A stretch of DNA of 64,000 nt from Marsupella aquatica (Eukaryota > Plantae > Marchantiophyta). A program made the translations under genes and the position numbers. Under the pieces are notes generated by a model that worked only from the letters and a program-made list of their open reading frames with translations, was not told where the DNA came from and did not search any database. Each line of letters begins with the position of its first letter. The first letter of the stretch is position 1. The stretch lies in contig OZ316896.1 of NCBI GenBank assembly GCA_973895155.1, forward strand, positions 23,207,722-23,271,721, read 5' to 3'. Shown here in pieces: positions 22,135-35,300 of this stretch.

Positions 22135-25100
22135 TCACACTTTTGGAAAATGTAAACCTTGCTTCGTGCCAAACTCCAAAGTTTTTTGAAAATAAGGATT
22201 GAAGCTCAACTTCAGCAATGATGCCTTTTCAAGTAAATCCAAACACGCATCTCCAACCTTGATTACCTGCATTCACAAATACTAGATCTGCCGTCAAGAT
22301 CGCCCTGGAGATAGGGACTCATATCAATGCAGTGACAAAGAGTGCCAAAATACAATAACCTAAAGACCCAGATTTGAAGGAAACTTACATCAAAGACTTG
22401 CAAAAGGGTATTGCAAGCATCAAGCGCTTTGATTCCTTGCTGGGCCTTGAAAGACGGAAAAGGAAATTAATTGTCTGAACATAAAATATCTCCTCCAGAT
22501 CAAACTAAAACCACATGGCAACCATGTTATACCCCAAACCAGATCTTTCCTTTTCATAAACCCAGAGCTTGATATCAGAAATTCAACTTTTCCTCTTGAT
22601 GCTACTTACCGGGTCAGGACCCTCATTGACGGAAGCAATAACCTTCTCGAGTACAGAATCCATAAGGCTTTCAAGCTCTTGTTTATACTGGGAATCTCCA
22701 TAGTAAAGGAGATCATTGCTATCCAACTTGCAAACCACAACAGATTTACGCCAAGTGAGCGAGTCATCACATCTGTCGGACAAAACTACGAACTGCTTTG
22801 ACATAGATGTTGAAATCAGGTTGTGGAAAACTTGCGACATTGACGGGAGAATGAAGAATGTTGAGGGAAATTACATGCATATTTTGAAGGTGATATGGAA
22901 GATGATCTTGACTCAAAGCCCGTAACATGGATAACATGCTGCAGAGAACTTGTACTCGTCTACGTCTTTGGGTCAACCTGTGAAATAACAATTTACAGGT
23001 AAAAATGATGAAAGAGAACTCGAGCCAGAGTGGAGGGTTTAGGGTGAAGTCTGTCAATATCACCAAAGACTTTACTATTCTTGTATTATTATTTGGCGAA
23101 TGGAAATGAAAAAACTCTCAAGGACTTCCAGTTGACCAACTACCTGCATAGTTACATCGAGATCTCCAAGAAACTAATCGAGTTCAAAGGTTCATTCTGC
23201 TAAGAAGTAGCATAGTTCACTGTATTGGGGTGGGCGTCCATAAAAATAGAGCAAAAAAGCCTGAAAAGAAGCGGACAGTGTAGAAAGAATACCAAGGGTG
23301 AGAATCAAGTAAGTTGAGGAGCCCCTTCACAATGTAAAAAGCTCCGAGCTCAGGATGTCCTGGAAAACGAATTGAGGACGATTTCATCCAATAATGCAAT
23401 TACCGAAGTCAACTGCTACTGACACTTGCAAAGCCATGACACAACTATTTTACAAACAGCCTTAGGTCCCTTCTTACCGATTCAAGGGACCAAATTGACT
23501 TACTGGGACATATAATGGATTAGAGTAGACTCTTACCCGGAACAACAATAAGAAATGCTGATAGCTTCTGCAAAAACGAAGAGACATCCACTTCATTTTC
23601 TCCACCCTTCAAATCTGTCCAGTGAATTGCACTGAATTAGAACAGAATTACGGATGATAGTAAACAGCATGCAGATTAAAATTTCTTTCTCATCCATGTT
23701 CAGCAGTTCTTGACAATTGCCTGTTCAGTGAAAGGAAGGCCAAAAGAATCCAACCTTGGAACCTAGGAACAATGCAATTGCAACTTTTTAGTGCGATTCC
23801 CAGGACATCTCACCGTCTTTACTGGTTATATCTTGCAAGCAGGTCAGAGCACTTTTCACCAAGCCCTCAGCATGTGACGGTAAGGCATTGATCAAAGCCA
23901 CCTGCCATTCATGACCTTCGAATCAGTGTTTCACATCAATTGTCAGGATACTACATAGATACTCAACCAAAGTGACAAATGTCTAACCTCAGGAAAGTTT
24001 CATCATTCGAAACTTACATGCCAAGAGGTACGTAATTAGCATTTAAACAAATGCCGTCGTACAGATTCTGAGGAGCACAAAAACCTATCTGATGTAGGGG
24101 AATACTGAACAATTTGGCCTTTATCAGGTTTTACTAACCAGAACACAGTATTCCCTCACCTCTGCAGTTTCCAGGAACAGATTACTGCGAGCCAAAGCAC
24201 TGTTGATGGACGGAATCGTGATCTCATTGAATGTAAGGCATGCCTTCACAAACTCTATGGTTCGTTTTGCATGTGAGCCTCTCACCATCCTCAGGGTTGT
24301 CATGGAGAGGCGATTACTAGCATGAACAACTGTCACCTGTTAAGATATTTTGAAAGGACTAGAATAGCATTAGAAAACCCAGGTCCCAGAAACCAGGTGA
24401 TCATTCACGGAGGAACACACATTTATGCCGATATGTGTAAATACAATGCCCAGTCAATTCCCAAGACAATTGCAAGCGAAACTCAGGACAGAGAAACCTA
24501 CTCTGAGAGGGTCCATATCAGCGAAAGTTCCTCGACAATCCACTAAGAAAGCCAGATTCTGCTCTAGATCACGTCCAAAGTCCACCTGCCAGCCCAGGGA
24601 AGCCGATAATGAATTAAATCAACGCCTTAACACACATATGTTCAATAGCCATGAAACTTCCTGGGGAAGTACACCATGTGTTACATAGTGCTCGTTTGCG
24701 GGAATGATATCTTTAAGTTCATTGTCTGGCAGAGTATGCCAAGGCCTATCTCTTCATATCTTGACAAGAACAATATTCTTCCACATTACTAGAAAGTCTG
24801 CACAAGCTACATTGCGCCACGCACGATCACAGGTATGGCATGCAGCACTACATACCAACATTATGTCTTTCATCGTAAATGTATCGTAAATGTATAACTA
24901 GAGGGAAATCAGACGTATGAATGGATTCTAGAATTACATTTGCTGTCAGTCACACGGGCAAGAATTAGCACAACATCCATTAACTCTGTGAATGCAGCGG
25001 AACATATGTCTCACGGTGAGACCTAAGTTCGATCAGCTCACCAGCTGCACAAAGCGTATGATCAAATTTGTTATCTGCCGACGATCATCGTCACTACTCA

Positions 25101-28100
25101 AGCTGTCCAGAGAATCATGTAAAACCTTTGCAGCTTCAAAGCCAAAATGTCTGGTCACTGGGTCTTGCACCTGCTGCTGGCGCCTGAGAAGAGAGAGTAC
25201 GTCATAAGGAACGAGTAATTCTATAAAAATTGTTTACATAGTAGTTGCGCATGATAATCCTAATAAACAGCTCTTATGGCTTTCGAAAGCAAGCACTGTT
25301 CAACATCCCAAAGCAAACAACCGTCAGACCCCTTGGACAGACCCAGAGGAGGCTTTTCATATCTGTACGCAATAAAAGAACTATCTGAGCAAAGTACTCA
25401 ACCTGACTGGTAAGAAGATCACCTTGAGACACCCGATAACATCCTTTTGTAAACAGAAATACGAGTATCTCCATATAATAAGTCCAAAATATCCATAAAG
25501 TGGGCCTGTCAAAATGACTGTCAAACCATGTGGTCTGTTGCGATGAATATATTCAATTCCATAATTGAGCACAACTAAGGACTACAATTCGAACCACCAG
25601 ATTAACAGCAAGCGCAAATGCAAGACCTTGATACAAGGAATCTGCAAACATATCAAACACCCAAAAATGATCCCCCATCATCGTATAGACAGCATAAAGA
25701 ATTGTCTCCAGGGACAAGGAAAGTTTGGGATTCGTACAAGGGTCAACACATGACTGAGGTCAGTGTAATGGGTGACCAGTTTGAAGACAATAGACTCCAA
25801 CGAGACCAGGACTCCTTCACTGACATCAGCTTTCCGCACATGCTTTATGATGTCCCGAAAGATCACACCCAGTTCCACTTCCTGAAAGAAAGTTTAGTGA
25901 GTATAACCTATGTCCAGTAATATAGGGTCCATTACGCTAAAATGCTCGAGAGATATCCAAAAATGATCCAGTTCAGGTATCCTTGATGGGTGAAAACACT
26001 TACTGAGCAGTTTTGTAGAATGTACTCAACAAATACATCTGCTACAGGTAGATACTCATTCAGTTCTGCGTACCTCAATACCACCTGTATAGAAGACGAG
26101 TACGACATTTGAAATGAAAAATGGAAAAAGTAGGGGACTTGTTCATCGCCAGAGTATGACATTTGACAAAATTCGGAGCATGGAAGATCACATGACGTGT
26201 TTATAAGACATTCGTTTATTTTGGAGATTCAAGTGGCATATAGCTTTTGGTAGTCGTATGCTTACTCTCCAGATGTCATTTAGAACCGTCAAACGGAATT
26301 CTCGTGGAGGGCTGCATTCGCAAAGCTTCAAGCCAAGCAGCCTGTAATTCATATACTGAAGAAGGAATTTCGTATCAGGATCCACCTTGGACAAACAGAT
26401 TGAGAAACAAAATAGCAGATGTCTTATGAGGGTAAACGACTCAGGTTACTTCAAGACATCCTCTTGTTAACATAAGAGCAGCAAGACCCAAATTGTTGCA
26501 TACACCAGAAGATCATATGCGCATCCAGTAGTGACAGGTCTACATCGCGGAATAGTTCTCTCCTACAATGAGAACCATAGGAATCGATTGCTATCGTGAC
26601 CCTAAAAACGCAACTACAGGTCTATGACTACTACAAGATATCAACAAAGCCTTTCAGGAACCGTTACCCCTACAATGAAAGAACCGTACATGCAGTGGAA
26701 TAGTAATGAACACGACTCCGACTAGTTCATTGCTACATTTCTTTGAAACTAGAATTCAGATAGTGTCCAGCAGCCCGTAACGGAGATATCTCTCCGAGAG
26801 CACCACACACAAATGCCACAGTAACAAACATCAAACTGACCTCTACCTTTACAGCTAATATTTACACTGCCACCTTGATACTGGGAGTGTGTCTAACCTG
26901 GGGCATTGAAAGGTCTGTTGAGCTTCTGACCATCTTAGATATATTCAGGGAATCATTTCCAACAAACGTTGCAGGTAAGTTCTTCAGAAGATAATGAACA
27001 ACCACAGACACTAAGTGCGAGCTTCCCCCGGATACAATTTCGGCATCTGATGACCGATCATTATTGTGAGATTCTCCAAATGCAGCAAAAATACTGAACA
27101 TATCCTCCTGCCAACCAGAAATGAAGGTATCAGAGTGTCAATCACAGAGAGCTACAACTGTAGTGATTTACAGCACTTCGTCCTCGTTTACAATCCTGCA
27201 ACATCTACTATTACCAAATTTCACCCAAGCTTTCATAGATATCGAACTTTGGAGCCTATTAGAGGTTGATAACCGTATTTGAATGTTCATGAGTAGGGAC
27301 AGTTTCACCCAACAATATCACTTCAGATTAGATAGAAAAAATAAACAGAGACATAGATGCAATGCTGACCTGATTGGCATGCTTGAAGATACACTGCATA
27401 ACCCACTCAATAACTGGTTCCACAAGCATAACATATAGGCGGAGCTCCACGCCTGCCTTGATATATTTGGACTCAAACTCCCCAGCCAGGACCCTTCGGA
27501 AAAGAACTAGATAGTCCTTCATCCCCTCAATAAGGCACACTGCGCAGAACAGTATCTTATCAAGGCCGCAATCAAATTAAGTTTTCATTAACACACGCAC
27601 TTCGGAAAAGAACTAGATAGTCCTTCATCCCCTCGGTAAGGCACACTGCGCAGAACGGTATCTTATCAAGGCCACGATCAAATTGAGTTTTCATTAACAT
27701 ATGCAGCACAGGTATGGTGGTCAACCAGAAAACCAGGTTTCCTTAAAATGTTGGCGAGCAAATATTGTGATTGGCACCAAGAGAATTCCATCCCACCCAT
27801 CTATGCTGAAGGCATCCGCACGCGCTATGCTCCAGTGTGCATGTGAGACTTGAACGCAAGCTAGTTCTCATTTCGAAAGCTCACTTGCTTTCATTATCAA
27901 TATTTCAACGAAGAAAGGGAAATGAAAAATCGTCGTAGAGTTGGAAGGCACCTCGAGGACTCTGGGGGATCGAGGAAGGCACTGGAAGCTCTAGCGAATG
28001 TAGAAGAGCAGAATACCTCTTCAATGAATCAGACGAACCTGGAACATCTGAAAGTTAAGATACAAAAAATATCGATAGGGGTGTACCTTCGCCACACACA

Positions 28101-31100
28101 CGATGTGAAGACATTAACCAAAATATACTACAGCGTGACAGAATGATGAATGCCGTAGCCAAAGAAACGGGTGTGAGCAAGTGTTGCAATACAGCTAAAC
28201 CGTTCTGATTCCAGAAAATAAATTAGACGAATATTCAGAAGCTGCCAAACAGGTGGGACCAGACAGAGTAAAAGTAATAAATATCTAGTCAACACAATAC
28301 GAGACAACATCACGCTGAACAATACCACAAGTAACAAACATCCAGATGCAGGTGAGGGAGAAGAGAAGGATTCAAGATTTACAGAAATTAACCTATGTCG
28401 GCAGCAAGTATCGCTTGTAACCTCCGAGCAAGGTAGAGACGAATATAAGCAGAAGCCAAAGGGTCTGTCACGCCCCTAATCATCATTGTCAAACGTTGAA
28501 AAGTTGCGACAGGAGGATCTTTCTCCAGGAAATGCATACAACGCAAAATTGCGAGTTCAAGATATCTGTTACAAAGAACACAGGCGCAAGATAAATCAGT
28601 TTATCGGCCACAAACAACGTACCCCTAAGGAAGTCTCCATTTGAATTAGTTCTGTCCTGTGCTTCAGATGATTACCAAGCCGTCCTTTCCTTTCACTTTC
28701 CAGATTAGTCCCTTTACTAGGCAGCTTGAGAAACTGGAGAAAGAAAAACCAAGAAATACAGTTGTTTGCCAACGAAAGACGTTTACCTACTGAGTTGAGG
28801 GATTCAACTATACTGCAACAGCTTCCTGGCTATGGCCTCTCTAAGCTCTTTCATAAGAATGGGTTCATAAGAATATCATAAGCCATGCATGGGTTGATTT
28901 AGCTGTCAAAAATTCATGTTCTAACCCTAATGTATATAAAAAGCGATATACATACTCGTGCAACACAAAAAACAGGTCACTTACATTCGTGGAAGTAATT
29001 CTTTAACTGATCCAATCCTGTAGAACCAATTTTGACAGGTATCTTTTGCTTCTTGGCGAATGTCATCAGCGGTGAAGTTCACTGAAACAGGTAGGGAGCT
29101 GCGTCATGAGAAAATCTAGAAACTCAGAAAATGGAAAACTGCACTTCCAAATTGGACTCAAATCATTTCTTCCCAGGTAAAGATGGCCAAGATATACCTG
29201 GCAGAACAGCCACAGCATTTCCATCATCATCACACTCTGCTTTCTTCTTGATGCGGTTCCATACAAGATTTCCAACAGTGTCCAGGACATCAGTCACCAA
29301 CACAAAGAGTGTCGGATAGAACTGAGGAACGGACGAATCTGACAACAGCCTGGCCACCTGCCACAGATTAGTGACAGGGAATTGAAAATCACGAAAAATC
29401 CAGAAGAGGATTTATAAGTTACAATGTGTACAGGCGTATAGCTCAACAATTATACCTTAACCTTACATAATAGAATGCAATCAAAAATTTGACGCGAGTC
29501 CGTCAAAAGCATTCTCCAAGAAAACGCAATTTGTTCGACCAGACGAGAAGTTGAGGGGACGGGGTCGTCATCTGCAGACTAGTGTAGCCAGAGAACTAAA
29601 TAACATATCTGTCTAACAAATTTCTATCACCCTTATCTTGCTTTTCAAAAACAGTTTACCTTGATCGATAGCCGTAGAGCAGATACACGCTCATTGTTGA
29701 GCCACGCTTGAGATATTTCTTCATTTAGCGCTTTCAATCTTGTCACATACTCTTGCTGAGAGATTATTGTTACTTCCTCCCGTGCTTCCTTTTCTGGGTC
29801 TTCTAGCTCTTGCAAATGTGCCGCAGTAACAGACTTTCCCCGCCCTGCGTCCAGTCATAATCATAATTATGGATAGCAGAAAATGTGGCTCTCAAACCTC
29901 TTCTTAAATTGCTTAGAGAGCTCTGAAATGGTTGCAAGCAGACAGGCTCTAAAAGCTTCGGAAGGAAAACTGATCTATCCTCTAAGCTCAGGCTGAAAGA
30001 GAAAACCTAGCCGCATAAAAGCTTGACGATGTGAGACAATCAAATCTGAGCAAATCCAGCATGTTCGAAAACGTGCATACAATGTCCGGTATAAAGTTAC
30101 AAGGCCAGGATGACTCGGCTTTGAGTTCCAACTATGAAGGCAGATAAGCCTTCAGATTTGACGTGCAAAACGATTTGAAAGCCATCTGGTAAATCGGGTC
30201 TTATTTCATTTCTGAGAATTCGATAACTTACCTTTTGGCTCTTTGGATATTATGTCGAAATTCTGCAGAGGGTTGCGAAGACGCAATTAGATGGGTGTAA
30301 CTAGAGGACTGACTGGAACCGTTTATACCAGCAATTAAATTACCAAACAGCTTCAGAATGCTTCAGTGCTGCCAACATTCTTGAATGAAAGAGAAAATCC
30401 TCATCGTGGATGAGTGATCAGAGTCAATTTGTAGTCTCGCGAAAGAGAAGGATTTGGATGCAACAGGAGCACGAGGGTTCAATACTGGGCCAATCAACAC
30501 TCACAGTCGATACTGTAATAGTTCCTGATGAGGTGAATCTTTGCATAATTGACGCTTTGTACCCATCCCACTCCGCTGCCGCTGATTCTGCACGCTCATC
30601 TGATGCACTCTTTGCTGTACGCCGAGATGACCTTGGCATGAATGCCAATGTGTCCTCACTTGAAAGTGGGATTGAAAGCGGATCGTGCGAGGATGACTTA
30701 CGTAGAAGGGGATCGTCAAAAGCTTTGTCGTTGTCGTCGTCCTGGAGAATTCGAGAAACACACGAGATGGAAATCAGTGATGTAGTCTGCTGCTCTACTG
30801 AACAAATCAATTAGCCAGGTCTGTGATTTCAAGAAACTGACAATCAGTTCGTCTCTGGTAAAGTCCTAAGGAAGCACGGGAGTCCCCGTCTAAAACTAAA
30901 TCGCCATATTTTCTTGCGCATAATTCAGAGCAGTGGATTTGGAATCTCGCAAAATTTTATCACTGGGGTGGAAAAAACCGTGGTGAGATGTGAATCAGGC
31001 AATAAACAAAGATCGTTTGCTGAGTTGGAAGACGAGGTCAGGAATTCAGCTCTAGCTCAAGAGCAATTCTGCCATTCTCACTCGAGAGAGACTAGATAAC

Positions 31101-31523
31101 CAACAAGCTAGGTCGCTGGTTGAAAAACAATAGTCCAAAATGTGGTAGCTTCAGGATATCCTTGATAACTTTCTTTATATGTCACCATGCTACCTTACCT
31201 GATTCTAAGTTCAATGCATGCTATGCAACGGATGAGAAAGTCGAAAGTCAATTATTGAAATATAGTCCAGGGACAATCCAGTGCCATACCTCTGACAGGC
31301 CGAAATTCCGCGTCGAGGATGGCTGTTGCCGCAAAGGAGCAGAGGGCGAGAGGCTGCTGCCGTAGATGTCTCCATTAATTCGAGATAGAGAAGAGGTTTT
31401 ACTGTTCTCATGACTAATTACGCCAACGGTGCCGCTCAGCAGCAGCGGATGTTTATTCGGTGAGGGCTCCCTTCGCATTTCCGCCTCCCGCAGCTGCATT
31501 CTCCTACTGCGCTCTTCTTCCAT
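22135..31523 (-). CDS. VPS35L: VPS35 endosomal protein sorting factor-like (Retriever subunit, C16orf62 homologue), multi-exon
   Basis: Exons encode family-typical segments in order: KHPLL; [18 protein letters not shown]; [41 protein letters not shown]; [36 protein letters not shown]; [14 protein letters not shown]; [11 protein letters not shown]; LLYYGD; KALDACN. The last exon ends ...LHFPKV-TGA at 22135. The start ATG (31523) and not all exon borders were verified. Confidence 0.9.
27495..27706. repeat. 106-bp tandem duplication spanning a VPS35L intron-exon junction
   Basis: 27495-27600 and 27601-27706 both read TTCGGAAAAGAACTAGATAGTCCTTCATCCCCTC..AAGGCACACTGCGCAGAAC..TTTTCATTAACA. Confidence 0.9.
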
Positions 31524-31808
31524 ATTTCCCACCCTCCTTTCTCCTTCTCCCCTCAGCTCTGTCTCTTCAAATGTGATAACCACTACATCGTCCCCAGTCG
31601 TCAACTCAAGAGACCGACACTTAGTTTGCAATTTCTGTGGAGCAATTCCTCTGCTTCGGATCGAGGTCTGAGGACTGAAGCACTGATAACTAAATGTCTT
31701 CCGAAAGGAAGGAGATCAACTGTGGCTTTTGCTATACCATGGTCGTTAGGTCTCTCTGGTTTGGATCATTTGCCTCTCTACAGTTGTCGGTTCTCGGTAT
31801 AGTAATAA

Positions 31809-32330
31809 CAGCTTTTTATTATACTACCCCCAAAACTGGTAGTTATTAGGATACCGCCCCCAAATCTAATATATTTAGTATACTGCCCCCCAAACCGTAT
31901 CCCATCACTTTTAACCCGAGTACTTGACCACTGCTGTGTTCCGATTGGCCAAAAAGTAACCATAGTCAATGACCAACCTTACCACAGTATCATCTTCGCC
32001 CGGGCTCAAGGTGCAACCGTGTTTGATCAGTGTGTATGGGGTCGAAAGTGCCGCGCTTGCATTGGGGATTGCAGCCTGAAGTGGTTCTGACCCCATACAC
32101 AGTGATCGAACACAGTTGCACCTTGGGCCCGGGCGAAGAAGATATTGCAATAAGGTTGACCTTAGGTCAGCGACTATGGTTACTTTTTGGCCAATCGGAA
32201 CACAGCAGTGGTCAAGTACTTGGGTTAAAAGTGATGGGATACGGTTTGGGGGGCAGTATACTAAATATTTTAGTTTTGGGGGCAGTATCTTAATAACTAC
32301 CAGTTTGGGGGGTAGTTTAGTAAAAAGCTG
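31809..32330. mobile_element. 522-bp foldback MITE with 10-bp TSD (Mutator-like)
   Basis: TSD ATAGTAATAA at 31799-31808 and 32331-32340. Arms CAGCTTTTTA.../...TAAAAAGCTG are complementary over roughly 235 bp, with a short loop near 32048-32084. Confidence 0.9.
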
Positions 32331-35300
32331 ATAGTAATAATAGGCTTCGCCCCTGTTGTGCCTAGTGTCACTTAAATGTATAGGGGTAATGGGCTTGAGA
32401 TGGGTAGTACCGCGCATAAGGGCCATAGGGTACCCAAATTATCGACCCTGTAAGTGATCAGGTGGCACATCCTTACTCTTCAAACCTTTCCTGCCTCACC
32501 CTCCTCATGTGCCAGTCCTCGCGGGAGCAATTCAGTTTTTTCAAGGGCAAGGGCCAGAAACTTTCCGGCCCTTCGTCGTCCTGACCTTTCAAATTCATAA
32601 ACATAAAAAATACAGTGCTAACGACAAAGGGATTGAAAGGACAAAGGAGGAAACTATACTGAGTGGGAGCATTGCACGTATCGCCTTGGACAATTTGTGC
32701 TTTGATTTGGTCATACACTTTTTCCTGTTTTTTGTGGGCAAGTAAGGGCCGCTTTTTGAAGCACTCTTGCACATGCAAGACAGCCCTAAAGGTCGACCCT
32801 CTGTTGCCCCGCATAAGGTCGATCCGAGTCTGCGGGGAGGCATATAGGAGACTGTACGTGTAATGGCCCACCACAAGTCCATTGGCCAAATGAATGTTAA
32901 GGTTGTCAGACCATGTCAACCCATTATCCTGCATGCAATCCGTTGCCACTTTCTAATATGCAAAATCCATTGGTAGGTACTGTTGCACACCCATATATAT
33001 ATGGCTCAATCTTAATGAGATGTAGTCATCAGGAAATAGCTTAAGTGTCAGCTTCTGAGTGAACCAAAAAATGAATGTCACCCCTGACAACCCTAATGAG
33101 ATAAGAAATACAGTGTGTAACAATCTCTAGAGTTCCTTGTTATTTCCCTAATCCTACTAAAGTCATTACCAGTTCCTCAAACCGAAATAGAGATGAGGAG
33201 GCAGAAAAAACCTTGCAGAACAAAGGTTTCCTCCTTATTTACTCTTCATCTTTGCCCCAATCCCTTTGCAGCCTTGCTTTCAGTTCTGCCCTCATTTAGA
33301 GTTACAAGCAAATAGGTTCAACTCTAGACGTGGGCCTAGGAAATAATTTTTTATTGCCCTTTATTAGTCAGATTGCCCAGAAACTAGTGATATGGTACTT
33401 TTTTTCATAGTGCATTTACATGATATTTTTCAGATGCCACATATATGTCATATAAAAACAATCTAGTTTGAACCATGCTCCCAGATAGCTCAGAAAAGCT
33501 TCTCAGCTACTGCCAATTAGCTATTCTTCACTTTAATTCTGGTCACAGGGTTACATCCTAGTAGGCCCCTGCCCAAACCGTCATTATCTTATACACGCAT
33601 TCTGCTTTGGAAGCAGGGGACACCTTGCTCCTTCGTAAGGGTGGGCACCAGAGTTGCCATTTGTGTTGTAAACGGGTGGAAGTTTATGTCGGTCTGACTA
33701 GCCTTGACTTAGCCAAAAACTCGTACGGATACATTATGACCATTAGATCTGCGTGCAGCCAGATTTGGGCAGTTAATTTTGATGAATAATCACTAAAACT
33801 TTTTTAACACCTCTTTGTTCATTACCAAGGTAGCAAATGTGTGAGTTTCACACAGAAAGGAAACACTATATAGATCCTTCACTATAGTTGGCTTCACAAG
33901 ACCTATGGGGCAGTTGTGACTTTTCTTTTCACTAAAGCAAATTGGCGCGACTTCTTCTTTCTCTTTGTAATTGTCACTGAATATATGGAATGGCATGCAC
34001 AGTCAACATTTGGATGGGCTCATTGTGAACTTATCCTCTACTTTCACTAAAATATTAATTAAAAATATCAATCTCTTAGCCATGTAAGTGTGTAAATGTC
34101 CTAATACTGGAGCATGGGCAACAAAAGCCCCTCAAAACTGCAGTAGAGATAGAGCCCTTGTCAGGGCATTATGGCCCACAATGTCTGTAACCAGAACCTT
34201 AGTATATCCATGGAGTCCAAACCAAAGGTCTTTTGAAATGAACTTCAATGAAAGTGGACATGTTTGGGTCACCCCCATGCTTCCCAAAAACAAGCACATC
34301 AGCATTTACTTGAGCCCATTGCTTGCCATGTAAGATTGGAAGACACCATACCTGAATGGGTCTCTGAGTTCTTGTTGGGGTTCTTGTAAATCAGACTGCA
34401 GTCACCCCTATGTCTTGTAAAGCCACCTTAAGTTACAGTAGCTTCTATGATGCGGGCTATGATGCAGTCAGTCAAACATACCACAGGGGAAAAGGGAAAA
34501 AAACACAAGGACCATATGTTCGAGCACAAAATAAATGCTTACATTTTTAAGGATAAATAATGAAATTTAGAGGAATTCTTTTGGCATTGCACTATGACCT
34601 GAAAGCAAAAAAAGCTAACTCCCAGTGCAGGCCTTGGACTAACCTGATTGTCTTAAAGCGCTACTGTCCATGACAAAACTTGGATCCACCAGGTTTCACC
34701 ATTTTTAGTATTTTTTTTCCTGAAATTGTTGAGCAAAGTCCTACCCTAGAGGAGAGGAATGTGGAATTAGTTTGAGGACCCCTTGGTTATGTAAGTTTGA
34801 TATTATTCGACAACTAAGTTAGAACACATGAAGAGTTGCATATTGAATAGGTTTGAATATGGAGATGAGAGTAAAAAATGAGTAAATTATTCATGGAAGA
34901 AGTGCATGCACAACATTCCCTTGGTACTACTATATCCATATAGTCCATGCAAAGTGTTATAGAAGCCAAAGGGTTTCTTAATTACATTCTATTGGTATTC
35001 CTTTATCCATAGTAGGCAAAGGGTTTCTTAGGTTCCCTTGGTGTTCCTTTTTCCATAGTCACTGAATGGTTTCTTATGTTACCTTGGTAAATGTTACAGT
35101 AGTTGAAGAATTTCTTTCTACCCTGGTTATTCCAAAAATTGCTAATTAAAAAGAAAACTCATACAATTTACTGGAAAACACTGATATATCAATCACAGCC
35201 CATCCAAAGGTTATTTTCTTTTACCCCCTTTTCACCCCTTTCTTTGTTTATTTGAAATGTTATTTTTCAGTTTTCAATTGTTTTTACAATTACAAGGTCT

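Noticed and set aside
31778-32426. Mirror-image ORFs on both strands
   Set aside because: Artefact of the palindromic MITE.
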